In this document: piece after piece, positions 63,852-64,000 of the stretch
How the letters are laid out: each line of letters opens with the position of its first letter
Position numbering within the stretch: position 1 is the first letter of the stretch
NCBI RefSeq assembly: GCF_037042905.1
Contig: NC_087251.1
Span: 16,368,001-16,432,000, forward strand
Direction of reading: 5' to 3'
From: Lytechinus pictus
Lineage: Eukaryota
DNA length: 64,000 nt
Notes under the pieces: model-generated
Told to the model about the DNA's origin: nothing
Databases searched by the model: none
The model's input: the letters and a program-made list of their open reading frames with translations, nothing else
Program-made: the position numbers and the translations under genes

Positions 63852-64000
63852 CTACTTGTGAAGCAAAATGTGCATATTGAAAGCAGTTCATTCATAAAGA
63901 CCTAAAACATTTATGAATATTTGTCACTTTAGAGGGGGTGTACTTTAAATCAAGAAGTTTGATTAAAGGTATAGTCTTATAGCCATATTGGAAAAAATAT

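Overview
AT-rich, intron-rich animal DNA. The repeat content and protein divergence suggest an echinoderm, probably a sea urchin, but that is inference. Three spliced genes could be rebuilt by hand with consistent exon phases: LAMTOR3 (+, 6 coding exons, 123 aa), INTS7 (-, 20 exons, about 987 aa, one GC-AG intron) and DTL/CDT2 (+, 9 exons, about 769 aa). INTS7 and DTL are head-to-head, with start codons 373 bp apart across an E2F/CCAAT/ETS/CHR-type promoter, the same arrangement as in human. The rest is decayed LINEs, tRNA-derived SINEs (one DeuSINE-like), many MITEs, a satellite-bearing Helentron-like element, a variant-repeat minisatellite and one assembly gap (47822-48013). The most striking signal is a 696-bp non-autonomous element in INTS7 intron 1 (42159-42854). 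Both ends are the exact V(D)J RSS heptamer CACAGTG followed by an identical 9-mer at 24 vs 13 bp, an 11-bp (12/23-like) asymmetry, and it has a near-perfect 5-bp target-site duplication. This is Transib/RAG-transposon-type architecture.
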